Position numbers and translations under genes: made by a program. Positions 29,835 through 43,624 of a DNA stretch of 64,000 bases are shown one piece after another. The notes under the pieces are model-generated. The model did not search any database and was not told where the DNA came from. It saw only the letters and a program-made list of their open reading frames with translations. How positions within the stretch are numbered: position 1 is the first letter of the stretch; each line of letters begins with the position of its first letter. Origin of the DNA: Octopus sinensis. Its lineage: Eukaryota. The stretch lies in contig NC_042999.1 of NCBI RefSeq assembly GCF_006345805.1, forward strand, positions 33,542,001 to 33,606,000, written 5' to 3'.

Positions 29835-31398
29835 TGTATGTATGTATTAGAGAAAAACGTGTAAACATTTTTCGATTGGCATGTACATAGAATGCTTACT
29901 AATAAAATATCTTTCATTGTGACATGGAAATTAGCAGTTTAATGTTTAGTTTATTGATTATCCATGCTCACATAACTTTTTTTTTATTTCTAAATATCTT
30001 TACTCTGTGTTTTGTTTTATTTTATATAGAAGGAATTATGAAACAGACCAATTCTGATGAGTGCAAAAAATAAATTTCGACCAATTAGCTTTTAATTAAT
30101 AGACTGTTAGGATGAAATATTTGGTGTACGTATGTACATGAAGTGCTTTTATTAAATATATTAATGCAATTCTACTAATTTGTTTATCTGATAATATCTG
30201 GATAATTATACTCTAACGTTCGCGAAAATGACATTTTTTATATTGCTGAAAGAATAAGCTAATTCATAGCGACTAGAGAAAGCATATACATACCGTTATG
30301 GACACCTTTTTAACGTTATGGACACCTTTTTAATGTAAAAACATATACACAAGTTTCTATTTATACACCGTTTTAAGAAACTTTAAGAACTGTTTCTGTC
30401 TGAAACATTGTGAATATATATATATATTTATGCATATACCATGTATCCACTATTCTTCTGCAAAGTATTTCACGTTTGTAATTTGATGTGCGTCCGTGTC
30501 GTATCACAGTTTGTATCACAGCGTTGTATCATAGAGTGGTATCTGTCTGAAAAGAGAAGAAATATTAGATATATTTCACTGAATTTATGGACATTATAGT
30601 TTTACGTAATACTTAGTAATACTTAGTGTCCTGACATTTTCAATGATATGATTTGATCTTATATTTACGCCTCGGTTCACATGCGTTTTCGGACGAATAC
30701 TATAAAATAAACCGTGCAAGCGACGTATTAAGAAATATACTGCTCAAATTTACCTGTCACATTACTAATATTTACATGTCAGAATGAGATCCCTTCAAGC
30801 TAAAATCTAATCGGATTTCGATCCAGAGTTTTAATGTCAATTCATATATCTCAGTAATACAGCTAAGATATTTTTAAAGTTTAAGGGAAAATAAATGTCG
30901 TTGGTTTATAAGCATCCGACATCGTGCAAATATATGACATTATGCTTTTCAAATCTGACAAATGAAGTTATTTCCTTAGAGTTATATATTTTGCAATAAT
31001 CTGGCATTCTTATGTCAGTCTTCAAAGTCAAGCACTCCGTAAATCACTCTATAAAACGCATTTATTAGCTCGAATTTTAATATAAATATCAATTTGAGAG
31101 GAAATATACCTAGCTTAAGATGTCTAGGTTGTTGTTCCGTGTAAACCGGTTTCCTTGTGTTGTGAAATTCTTTTATATTAACTTATTTCTTGTTGTTGTC
31201 TCTCGAATAAAAATGATCCAAGAAATATACATACATTTTCTAAACTACCTTTATCGTAAATTTCTATATATACTTTATTTTCATTATAGTTTTTGTTACG
31301 TAATAAAGAAATTATATTTCATTACATCTGAAGACGCACGGTATTGCTGCAAGTTAAAGCAGTGCTGTTATAGTTGCTTATTGAAAATCGGTATCTGA

Positions 31399-31447
<49 letters not shown>

Positions 31448-31606
31448 CACGCACACGTCGAGACCATCACCCCTCTTTCACACGCACATACATAATCTCT
31501 TATACATACACGCACCTTCGTGTTAAGGGTCATCTTTACTTTGTTATCTCTCCTACTTCTTCCCCCTCGTGTGTGACCCTTCTGTCCGAAGTCGGTAGCC
31601 ATGATA

Positions 31607-31882
31607 GATCGTTAGCCACTACACACATTTTTTCTCTCCTTGTTTCTCTGCTTGTTTTTTCTGTAGAAGAGCGTAGGCTCGAAACGTAAAAGACTTTTTC
31701 TATTCCTGACCGTTATACTAATACATATGTTTGTTTTGTACACCACCTGTCTTCGTTTTTTTTTTTTTTTTGGCTCGGGAAGTGAAAAAGTCTTTAATGT
31801 TTCGAGTTTACGCTCTTCCACAGGAACACAGAAAGAAACAAAGAGAGAAAATAAAGAATATGTAGTGGCTAACGATCCGTCA
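31607..31882. repeat. Tail-to-tail inverted pair of a ~105-bp repeat, each arm with a minimal hammerhead-like motif
   Basis: 31607-31715 (+) and 31777-31882 (-) align from GATCGTTAGCCACTAC to GACTTTTTC; Penelope-like pseudo-LTR arrangement inferred. Confidence 0.75.
31656..31693 (+). ncRNA. Minimal hammerhead-like motif, A6U family
   Basis: TTTTT-CTGTAGA-A-GAGC-GTAG-GCTC-GAAA-CG-T-A-AAAGA; stem III is the palindrome ACGT, GUA triplet. Confidence 0.5.
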
Positions 31883-32318
31883 TTATGTTTACTTATGCTC
31901 CTTTTTCGTTCATCTTTTTAAATATTTCATCGTTCCATCAACAGATCCCCTTCTTTAACGCCCTTCCCTCATTTTCCCCCCATATCATTCATTTATACCC
32001 CAGCTGCATTTTGCAGTTGACAGCATCGACGGAGGGCGCGATATTATCGATAAGGTGTCGAAATTATGATGAAAGGCTGAGTGAGTCCACTTTCACTTTG
32101 TGATTTTTCCTTTTCACAGTATTTTCCTTAGTCGTCTCTCGGTGCAACATTTGGCTATTTTACATCCACCCGTATCCATCCACGCACGCACTCACACACA
32201 CATGTACGCACGCACGCCCAGACACACACATGCACACATATATAGCAGCATGGGTACACACACAGAGTTATATATATATTTGCATCTAAAATATTATTAC
32301 TATTATTATTATTATTAC

Positions 32319-32344
<26 letters not shown>

Positions 32345-32352
<8 letters not shown>

Positions 32353-32529
32353 GTCATTTACTTTTAATCTGCATATTTGATGCAATCATTTGCCGGGGCA
32401 CACCCAGCGCCCTAGGGCAAGTGAAGGTTAAGAGTTGTTGAAATATAGCTGAAAGCTTGGGAAGGGGAAGTAGAGAAATATCTCCATGTAATGCAACACA
32501 AACATTTACATTGATAGGGGTTTTCTAAG

Positions 32530-32530
<1 letters not shown>
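32345..32530 (-). mobile_element. Orphan 3' UTR of R4/Dong-like family
   Basis: About 94% similar by eye to 33450-33630, which directly follows an RLE domain; bounded by (TAA)n. Confidence 0.75.
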
Positions 32531-32577
<47 letters not shown>

Positions 32578-32580
<3 letters not shown>

Positions 32581-33413
32581 TAGTTTTATTTTTATAGCGT
32601 GCTTTCACTTCACTACCGAGCGCAGCTCTGTGTGCCTTGGGTATGTGCTGTGATTTGTTGTGATGCTCTGATGGTTATTGTATGGAAAGTGTTCTGCGCA
32701 GGATGTGTGCAGTGCCTAGTAGTGCAATTGTCTGTATGTTATATGTGTTTGTAAGTCTTGGTGTTTTTGTTATGTATTTGTCTGAATATTTTTTTATCAT
32801 GCCTAATGCACCTACTATGATAGGAATTGTTTCTGTTTTCAGGTTCCACATTCTAGTTACCTCTATTTCCAGGTCTTCGTATTTTGAGAGTTTCTCCATT
32901 TCTTTTAGAGGCACGTTGTCATCTGCCGGTATTGATACATCAATTAGAAAGCATTTTTTTTTCTTCATGATCTCTGACAACTATATCTGGTCTGTTGGCC
33001 TTAATTTCGCTATCTGTGTGTATCTGCATATCCCAGAGTATGGTTGCTTTCTCGTTTTCTGTGACCTTTTCTGGTGTGTGCCTATACCATCTTTTTTCTG
33101 TTGTTATTCCATAATGTTGGCATAGCTTCCAATGTATGTAGGTTCCAACTCTGTCATGTCTGTGAATATATTCCTTCTTAGCCAGGACTGGGCAGCTAGA
33201 GATAATATGATTTATTGTTTCTTGTCCATCTCCACATATTCTGCAGTTACTTGTAATATTTCTTTTCATTACATGTTTTTGGTAATTTCTGGTGGGGAGG
33301 CTTTGGTCTTGTGCTGCAATTAAAAATCCCTCTGTTTCTGCTTTGAGTCCTGAGCTTCTTAACCATTGCTGGGATTTTTCTTTGTCTATTTCTTTTGCGT
33401 TTAGTTTAGTGCA

Positions 33414-33415
<2 letters not shown>
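32578..33415 (-). mobile_element. R4/Dong-like LINE, 5'-truncated (CCHC knuckle + PD-(D/E)xK endonuclease)
   Basis: ETEGFLIAAQDQSL, CRICGDGQETINHIISSC, HRHDRV, ANRPDIVV, LIDVSIP, KLSKYEDL, IIVGALG; one frameshift near 32950; (TAA)n on both sides. Confidence 0.92.
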
Positions 33416-33449
<34 letters not shown>

Positions 33450-34289
33450 GTCATTTACTTTTAATCTGCATGTTTGATGCAATCACTTGCCGGGGCACAC
33501 CCAGCGCCCTAGGGCAAGTGAAGGTTAAGAGTTGTTGAAATATAGCTGAAAGCTTGGGGAGGGGAAGTAGAGAAATATTTCCATGTAATACATTACAAAC
33601 ATTTACATTGATAGGATTTTTCTAAGGATGTGGGCAGTACTTGTTAGCACAATCTTTGTCTACGTGTTTCTGACATCCCTTTTTTATCATACCTAGGGCA
33701 CCTACAATAACACGAACAGTTTTTGTATTAAGATTCCACATCTTTTGTATTTTGATTTCCAGGTCCTTATATTTACAAAGTTTGTCAAATTCCTTTACAG
33801 ATATATTGTTATCAGTGGGGACGCTTACTTCTATTAGTCTGCAAGTATTTTCTTCCCTGTCTTTAACAATTATGTCTGGTTGATTAGCCTTGATCGTTCT
33901 GTCAGTGTTGACTGGAAAATCCCAGAGGATGGTGACATTTTTATCTTCAACAACTGGCTGAGGATGATGTTCATACCAGTTAGCAAGAGTGTCGAATTTG
34001 TAGTGTTTACACATCTTCCAATATATATACTGTCCTACCCTATCGTGGCGATTTTTGTATTCGTTTGGTGTCAGCACAGGACATCCGGAAACGAGATGGT
34101 CTATTGTTTCGTCAAATGTATCGCAGAATCTGCATTTAGGGTACATGAATAGATAGAGAGTAGGATATTTGTCGACTTCAAACTTAAGTTATTTCTCCTA
34201 GCGAATTATATTTTCTTTAATATTTATGGACAACCCTCTCAATGAGATGCAGTTTTCAAATTTCGAAGTCGTTTTTCTCTTGAGGCTAA

Positions 34290-34348
<59 letters not shown>

Positions 34349-34589
34349 GTTTCGGAGAACGCTAGCCTGGTAATTTCTGGTAAACAAGCTTTGATCTTGT
34401 GCTGCCAGTATGTAGCCTTCAGTTTCTGCTTTCAATCATGAACTCTTCAGCCACTGATGGGTTGTTGCTTGGTCTACATCAGTATTTTGGCTTCGGAGAA
34501 TATATTGTCCATGCAGGGACTTCTGGCTCCACCGCCTCTCAATTTGATTCTGGCCGTTCTTTTTTGCAGTCTCTTTTATTCGCTGTCTG

Positions 34590-34590
<1 letters not shown>
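33450..34590 (-). mobile_element. R4/Dong-like LINE, 5'-truncated, interrupted at 34150-34348
   Basis: WSQKSLHGQY..HQWLKSS (34590-34350) continues after the insertion as YPKCRFCDTFDETIDHLVSGC..ANQPDIIVKD..VIVGALG. Confidence 0.9.
34150..34348. repeat. ~140-bp unclassified repeat with (CA)n end; second copy 36580-36732
   Basis: GTCGACTTCAAACTTAAGTTATTTCTCC...TTGAGGCTAAATACACAC present at both sites with few substitutions. Confidence 0.85.
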
Positions 34591-34648
<58 letters not shown>

Positions 34649-34749
34649 CATTAGTAGTAGTAGTAGTATAGTAGTAGTAGTAGTAGTAGTAGTAGTATAG
34701 TAGTAGTAGTAGTAGTAGTCGTTGTTGTTGGTGGTGGTGGTGTTGTTGT

Positions 34750-34930
34750 AAGGTGGTTAGCTGGCAGAAACGTTAGCACGCCGGGCGAAATGCGTATCCG
34801 TATTTCGTCTGCCGTAACGTTCTGTGTTCAAATTCCGCCGAGGTCGACTTTGCCTTTCATCCTTTCGGGGTCGATAAATTAAGTACCAATTGAGTCATGC
34901 AGTCGAATTAATCGACTTATCCCCTCCCCA
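34750..34930 (+). mobile_element. SINE family B copy
   Basis: AGCTGGCAGAAACGTTAGCACGCCGGGCGAAATGCG...GTTCAAATTCCGCCGAGG. Confidence 0.85.
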
Positions 34931-34933
34931 ATG

Positions 34934-34995
<62 letters not shown>

Positions 34996-35005
34996 CATTA
35001 TTATT

Positions 35006-35050
<45 letters not shown>

Positions 35051-36138
35051 TAGTAGTAGTAGTAGTAGCAGCAACAGAAACAGAATGAGGAGGACGAGGA
35101 GGGACTGCAGCATCGGTAGTAGTGCTAGTGTATTAGTACTCTCAGAGACACTTGCCCGAACACACACAAATATATATATGCATGATGGCTGTCCACTCGT
35201 GACCGAGGAAGGCCGTCTCTCAGGAACGTTCTAGCAAAAATGGTCAGCAATTCACCTGCATGATGTTATTGCACTCGCAATGGCTCTATTCGAATTCGCA
35301 ATCGGGTAATTCGTCCCGCCACAAATTTAATTCCAATAAGGCCTGCACAATACGTCAGAGACCCTCTCCCTCCTATTAACTTTATCCATTGGCAAATGAG
35401 TGTAAGATATCCAGAGTGATATGGGTTGCAGATTGAGTAATTTGTAAGTACCACGGAATCAAATGCAAGCAAAATTTACCCAAAATGTTCTATACAATTC
35501 TCTGCATATCTCGCTTTATATCAGTAACTCTCTTCAGAGACATGCTTTGACATAAGCTTAGAGATGCCTCACCCCAGCTGCTTATCCAGCACGCTGAACA
35601 CTAATCTGAGATTTGTACATAAATTACATATATATAAGAATAGTATTACACGAGGATGGAGTATAACAGGCTTTAATAGCAGAACTAAACATTTGTTTCT
35701 ACACCGCGCACCATTTTTAACATGCTGAGTATATATTCAAAGTTTATGGTAGAAGAACATTTTTTGTAAATATTATATAGTTGATTGCTGCTGAGCAACA
35801 GTCTTGTATGGGCGCTTCCTCATGATGCGGAAGTAATGGTTTTTGTATAGCTGAAGGTTGGTTCATCGCTGGGGTTTAAGCAACAACAAAAATATTTTGT
35901 AATTGAAGTTTTTAACACTCACCCCTACCAAACAAATCAGCATCTATGTGCGCGCGAGTGTATGTACGTATGTGTATGTAAGAAAAAAATATTTCTAAAA
36001 TAAAAGTATGCTATTAATAGAGATTATTTTTTATATACATTTTTCTAAATTGTCCTGTCGGTCTAATAAAATTCCTTACATACATACATAATACACACAT
36101 ACTGACACGTGGACAGAGGTAAAGAGAAAAAAAGGGAG

Positions 36139-36212
<74 letters not shown>

Positions 36213-36540
36213 TCCTGTTTGAAATTTTATAATTAAATGAAAATTTTCAAATTTGGTAAATTCATGTAGTTTTTTCACGCTGAATCCAATTTTGTGATTG
36301 ATTTATTTCAGAAAATTTGATAAAAATTATTTGCTCAAGCAGAAAGCAGGATTCGTGCGCGAGAGCTACGTATCGTAAAATGAATGTAAGCAAGACGAAG
36401 TTTTAAGCAAAATTAAAACAATTGTACATTCATATGAAGCGAGAGGGGGAATGACACCAATACAGAGAGAGAGAGGGGGGATGAGAGAAAGAGAGATAGA
36501 AAGAGAGAGATAAAGAGTGCGGTAAATATAAAGGGGTAAA

Positions 36541-36574
<34 letters not shown>

Positions 36575-36718
36575 AATATATAGAGAGTAGAAGATTTGTC
36601 GACTTCAAACTTAAGTTATTTCTCCGAGCGAATTATATTTTCTTTAATATTTATGGACAACCCTGTCAATGAGATGCAGTTTGCAAATTTCGAAGTCGTT
36701 TTTCTCTTGAGGCTAAAT

Positions 36719-36768
<50 letters not shown>

Positions 36769-36844
36769 TTATATATATAAACTCTCATTTATGCATATAT
36801 GTATGTAGATAGATAGTTAGATAGATAGATAGATTGATAGATAT

Positions 36845-38387
36845 GTTTCTTTATTAGCCACACAGGGCTGCACACAGATAGAACAAATTACAAGGTAGAG
36901 CTTTTCTTTTGAAGGTTTAAAAAAAAAAGAAAAAAAAAGGAAGGGGGAGTTTCGATCAAAAGGGATCGTAAAAGGAGAGAAAGAGGACAAAAAAAAGGGG
37001 GGTTAAAAAAAAAGGGGGAGAGGAAAAAAAAATTGATCAATAGTGATCGTTATCACAGAAATGTCAATATGAAGTGTAAAGGGGAGTGCAGGTGAGGTTT
37101 ACCCGTGGAAAGAAAAGCCTACGGAAAAGACCACGGTAACCTCGGTCAATGAAGTCACATTTTATATTTCTTTTTTTTTTTTCTTTTTTTTGCAAATAAG
37201 CAACTCTCTGTTTTCGATTTCTGGGTTCATAGGACTATGCTCAAGGTGGCTTCGTCATTCATACGTGCCATTCTTGCTACATTCACCCATCTTTTTTTTA
37301 AACATTCGCTAGATAAAACTTGCCTCTCTACTCTCACTTTCCTTTTCAAGTGGTACTTGAAGAAGTTGATGAGAGATTGACCAGAGAGGAAAGTGTTTGT
37401 CTCCAATCCTTTCAGACGCGTCCACCAGATACATTCTTTCGCCATAGCCACAAGGATGATGAAAATAGCTCTTCCTTCCCGTTTGAAGGAAGGAGGCGTG
37501 ACAATATTGACGATAGACTCAGCTGATAAACCGACTCGTCCCACAACGTGACAGCAGTTGTTCGACATAAGCCCACAGGTCGGAAATTGTTGGACACTGA
37601 ACGAGTGTGTGCAGAACGGTTCGTCGCTCTGACCGCATCTCGGGCAGGTCGGCCCCGTGTTTCTCGAGCCGTGTCTGTAGAGCTTATCCCGAACGGGTAG
37701 CGCTTCTCGGTAGCACTGCCAGGCCAGGGATCTCTGGAAGTTGTCCATGGGCCCTGGCCCGAAAGTTGTCCTGAACAGGCGGGTCAGGTACTCCTCGTCG
37801 ACGTCCAGGTTCGCCCCGAGCTCGTCGTCGTACCTCCCCTCCACTAAACCCCTATAGAATGCTTTGGTTGTGTTGAAGTCACTTAAGGTCGACCCAGGAC
37901 GGCAGAGTTGCTTGAGAGCAACGCGACACTCGCGGTGCCATTCGCCCTTCCTCGGCCTCTTTTTGATCCACGACTGCAGTTCTGTCATGGAGACGAGCTG
38001 CGGGAAAGCGTGCCTCACAAACGGCGACCACACCTGTTCACCGTCGTCTACATAGAGCCAGAGATGTCGCAGTCTCAGCGCGTGTCTGCGCATCATCAAC
38101 CACGGCATGCCCAGCCCTCCTTTTAACGGGTGTTGACAGCAAATGGATCGCCTGAGCATCGGGACGCATCCTTTCCACAAGAAGCGAAAGAGGATGCGTT
38201 GTAGTTTGGTGATGGTAGGGTCGGGACAAGGTACGACAGTCATGCGGTAGTAGATGACGGACGCGATGTACGTGTTCGCCACCTCCGCTCGACCTTTTAG
38301 GGACAGTTTCCTCTCGGCCCATTGCCGGGCGAGAGTGACCACCCTACTCGTTATCTCGTTCCAGTTCTTAACGAGTAGGGTGGTCAC

Positions 38388-38390
<3 letters not shown>
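36845..38390 (-). mobile_element. L1/Tx1-clade LINE, 5'-truncated ORF2 C-terminus + 3' UTR, embedded in (GATA)n
   Basis: WAERKLSLKGRAEVANTYIASVIYY, FRFLWKG, KGGLGMP, ALPVRDKL, CPRCGQSDE (zf-RVT-like); AATAAA just before the (TATC)n tail. The ORF-track N-terminus is microsatellite. Confidence 0.9.
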
Positions 38391-38439
<49 letters not shown>

Positions 38440-38469
38440 TGATAGATAGATAGATAGATAGATAGATAC

Positions 38470-38501
<32 letters not shown>

Positions 38502-38526
38502 TTAGAAATATAGATAGATAGATAGT

Positions 38527-38615
<89 letters not shown>

Positions 38616-39132
38616 TTTCCTTCTCAATTGCCCTCTTCTTTTATCTCACTCTGCCCCTTTTCATTTTTCTTTCTTTCTAGTCTTCTATCCATCTGCCTCT
38701 ACCTATCTCCTCTCCTCCCACGAGACTGGTTTTTCCGCCAAGCCTGAACTCTCTTTCTTGGTTCCACTACCATACGTGTAGCATCTCTTATATTCCTTCC
38801 CACGACTTGCAGCTATTACGTACCTGCCGTAAGGCTTCACATCCACACACGGCTGCTTAATTTACTTCGTGCTTAGTCGAAAGACATATGTTGTTAATGT
38901 CCTCTTGTTTGCATTTTTAATTGTGCGCTTTTTCTCCGTTTTCTCGTCCTTTTTTGTATACTTTCGCTTGCTGCTTTCTTCCAAGGAATTTAGTGCTCTT
39001 AGCTTAAATTTTCTTGGGGCCGGCCAGATTGGAGCAGTCACGAGTGTAACCGGCCGATACTACTGAGATAATCTGGAATTTGACTGAAGATAGAAAGATC
39101 TGAATGTATATATATATATGTATATATATATA

Positions 39133-39273
<141 letters not shown>

Positions 39274-39559
39274 ATATATAGTAATATATAGATATATATT
39301 TATATTTATAGTGAGATGTATATGTATGTATGCATATATGTATTTACAAACATATACATTATTAAGCTGTGTGTGCTTGTGTGCATTAAAGTATATGTCC
39401 ATATGAATGTATATATACTGTATGCATGTATGTGTATATATATATAAACATATGGCTGAAATAACACCGTGACAATACATATATATTTTAATAATAATTT
39501 CATTTTGATTTAATGCTGCCCATAAATGCTCGGAAGGCGCGTGAAACACGTATAACTAT

Positions 39560-39920
39560 TGAAACGATTTTAACACTACAACTAACAGTCTTATCGAAAA
39601 GATTAATCATAAAATTTATTACAGTGAAAAGTTCCATTAATGGTACGATTGGTAGATATGGTTTAACAGCATTAAATTTTCTTACATATAAAACTTCATA
39701 CCTAACATTCGAAAACGAATTAATAAATCTGATTCCAAATACCAATTTCAGACAATATTCTGAAACTAAACCGAGAAGAAAGAGATTTAAAATATAAAAG
39801 CAAGAATTCAGATAAACCTAAAATGGATCAAAAGGCCAATAAGCATATCTTCGATCGGATTATAACTAGTGCAGGTAGTAATCTATGTATAAGAATGTAT
39901 GTTACCTTAATTGACAATAA
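39560..39920 (+). mobile_element. Possible Penelope-like GIY-YIG C-terminal relic
   Basis: Multi-frame fragments YGLTA, ISDNILKL, INLKWI, NLCIR fall in the order expected for PLE endonucleases; heavily decayed. Confidence 0.35.
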
Positions 39921-40309
39921 TAATATAGTCATGCACATTGCCAGTGAACTACACAGACGATAAGGACAATACATTTGTAACAAATAGTTCCTACACCACA
40001 GTTATAGACTATTTAAGACCTAGCCCACGGTTTTTATCGCTAACCTTTCTGAAAGACATTTAGGTATAAGAATCAAAGTCATATAATACGATGTTGTCGT
40101 ATCTCAAATCCAGCTTATATATACGTAACAAAAATAATCCTAAAATATTATGATTTCTTATTATCCAGAATAAAAATAACTACGTTTCTGGTGGGTGTAT
40201 AAATGACTGCCACACTTCATTCCCGCAATCTTTCCCTATTTTCACATTTATCTAATCAATATTATTTACTATTTCTGACTACTGAAATATTGATTTAAAA
40301 TTTAGGCAC

Positions 40310-40430
40310 AAGGCCAGCACTTCGGGGTAGAAGGTAAATCGTTACATCGATCGACGCCAGTGCTTAACTGGTATTTACTTTATTGAGTCCGAGCAGATAA
40401 ACGAGCAGATAAAGTCGATTTCAGCTTAAT
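40310..40430 (-). mobile_element. SINE family B fragment
   Basis: CACAAGGCCAGCACTTCGGGG...CGCCAGTGCTTAACTGGTATTTAC, reverse-complement family B body. Confidence 0.6.
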
Positions 40431-41214
40431 TTCATTACTTAAAACTTGGCATATTACAAATTTAGAAAAATATATTTTATTAAGATAAATTTTACAGGAT
40501 AAGAAGCACACCGTTTGAAGTCATTCTGGTTACAAAAAATCTCTAAACTAAAGTTTTAGCCAGATATTTTAGAGGAAAAAACACTATGTGAGTGAATCTT
40601 ATGAATTTCTGTAGATATTATGACAACATTGACTGTTATTACTTAACATTAGCACGCACACATCAAACACATTCGATAACAACTTCGAAAACAACACGTG
40701 TATAAAAATAGATGAAGCCACTGCAGATTAACAATAGTTAACCTGATACAGGCATAAGTCGAAAACCAGAAATTTCTTGGTTAAAATATATCTAAATCAC
40801 ATGCACATATTTGAGCAGAACTTTAAGTATTTAAATCAATTATTAGTTTCCTCAGCAACAATATAAATATCTAATATTTAGCAGATTATATACGATTAAA
40901 TAACTGAGGAAAGTGTAAGGCTTAAGCATTGTTTAATGTTTCATGAGTTAAAGTTTATTTTCCTACATAACGTCAATCATAAATACTTAAAAAATAATCT
41001 TCATATTATATACACACGATTACAAATAAAGAAATTATGCCAACATATCCACATATCCAGCCATATTATCTAATCAAGTTCATCCGAGGTGATTTTTTAT
41101 CTAACATGATAAATATATTGAGAACAACGTAAAACTAAAATTTCCTAGAACGCCATCATGTTCGATCTCTTTGATTCTTGCATGCTGAGGTATATATTAT
41201 ATATATATATATTA

Positions 41215-41264
<50 letters not shown>

Positions 41265-41265
41265 T

Positions 41266-41405
<140 letters not shown>

Positions 41406-42256
41406 AAAGAACACAGATAACACAAATTAAGTTTCAAATTTACAACTGTTTCGGTAAAATTTTATTCATGTATTCATAGATTGCATCATACTCTATAGTC
41501 CACAATCTGCAAGCAAAATAATGGTCTTTCGATATCTTAAATTATCTTTATTTGATTTATATCACATTAATTAGATTTATTACGTTTTTCAACCTCCTTT
41601 ATCTCTGCTGCTAATTGGATTACAAGCAATAACTGCAGATTATCCAAATTCCATGGTCTTTCAAAATCTGACACAGCTTTATTTTGCTTGTATTACAAAT
41701 CTATTGTATTCTAGAATAATGTAGGAGAAAAATATTTCATATTCTAATATTTATATCTATATATTCTGCACACTTGCTCCCAATTTCACAGGCGCAATCT
41801 ACCTTTATTGTTTTCGGTGCTAAAGTTGACGTAAAACTTCTAATCGAATATTGTAAATTAATCAACATGTCTTTTCGTGTTTAAAATTTATGACACGCGT
41901 GAACTCATCTGTTTTACTTTATTCTTATGTATTAATTTTCACATATCTTTTTTTAAATTTGATAACACATAGTGTATAGAGGTCTCATAACATTTGATAA
42001 TCGCACTCTTTCAAAATATAAAATATCAATGTCGTAACAGCTTGTAAAAAGGGTGAATTCAAATTATAAATATGTCGTAATTTTTTATAGTACAGAATAA
42101 ATTTGACATATGTTTCATTTATATTCTTTTTGTCTGTAAAAATTTACAACTAAATTTTATGCCAGAACATCATTTACAGCATAATCAATTTTACCAATGT
42201 TTGTATGTGCGTATATGTTTGTATCTATATGTTTGTGTGTGTATACAGACACACAG

Positions 42257-42315
<59 letters not shown>

Positions 42316-42327
42316 ACATATATATAC

Positions 42328-42361
<34 letters not shown>

Positions 42362-42397
42362 ATATATATATATATATATTATATATATATATATATT

Positions 42398-42446
<49 letters not shown>

Positions 42447-42449
42447 GGA

Positions 42450-42908
42450 TTATTTACTCTTTTACTTGTTTCAGTCATGTGAGTGCGGCCATGCTGGAAC
42501 ACTGCCTTTAGTCGAGCAATTCGACACCAGGACATATTCTTTGTCAGCCTAGTAATTAATCTAACTGTCTCTTTTGCCGAACCGCTAAGTTACGGGGACA
42601 TAAACACACTTGCACCAGTTGTCAAGGGATGGTGGGGCGACAAACACAGACACACAAACACACACACACACATACACACACCCATATATATATATATATA
42701 TATAATATATATATATAAATATTTATATATATATATATACATATACATATATACGATGGTCATCTTCTCAGTTTCTGCCTATCAAATCCACTCACAAGGC
42801 TTTGATTGTCCCGAGGCTATAGTAAAAACACTTGCCCAAGGTGCCATGCCGTGGGTCATGAATCCAGAACCATGTGGTTGGTAAGGAAGCTACTTACACC
42901 GCCACTCT
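42450..42908 (-). mobile_element. SINE family A copy
   Basis: Homology with 232-745 including internal microsatellite. Confidence 0.85.
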
Positions 42909-42974
42909 TGTCCCTATACAAAATGTCCTGCACTATCTGTATGTTCCTCCAAACAAAGATGGAGAGATTAAGCC

Positions 42975-43140
42975 GATTATATCGAACCCAGTGTTCAGCA
43001 GGTGCTAGTATTATCGACCCCAAAACAATAAAAGATAAAGTCGAATTCTGTGCAATTTCAACTCAGAACGTAAAAACGGACGAAATAGCACTAGGCATTT
43101 TGTTCGGCGTGCAAATGGTCCAACCAGCTCGCCGAATAGA
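42975..43140 (-). mobile_element. SINE family B copy
   Basis: TCGACCCCAAAAC..AACTCAGAACGT..CCAGCTCGCC. Confidence 0.75.
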
Positions 43141-43465
43141 GAGATAGAGAGAGGGGGAGGGAGAAGGAGAGAGAAAGAGACAGACAGATAGAGATCTAAA
43201 CAGTTTGATTTAAACTGTGAGCTTCGAGCGTGTAGCTTGTGTTCGGCTTTTGGGGTCTGAATGATAGTTCGATTGAAGAGCGTCAATGCTTATTACTGGA
43301 CGTTAGCCTGCGATTAGTCCAGAAAGTTCACGCGGTATAGCAGTTTGATCTTGGTAATTCTGCGAAAAAATGTAAACAATTATATATATATATATATATA
43401 CACATACATATATATACGAGTATGTACGTATGTATATATGTGTATATATACATACACACACACAC

Positions 43466-43496
<31 letters not shown>

Positions 43497-43564
43497 CATA
43501 CACACACACACACATATATATATATACATATACATATATATATACATACACACACACACACACG

Positions 43565-43618
<54 letters not shown>

Positions 43619-43624
43619 TCGACA

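Noticed and set aside
30293-30335. 20-bp direct repeat CGTTATGGACACCTTTTTAA
   Set aside because: Could be a transposon subterminal repeat, but no matching inverted end was found.
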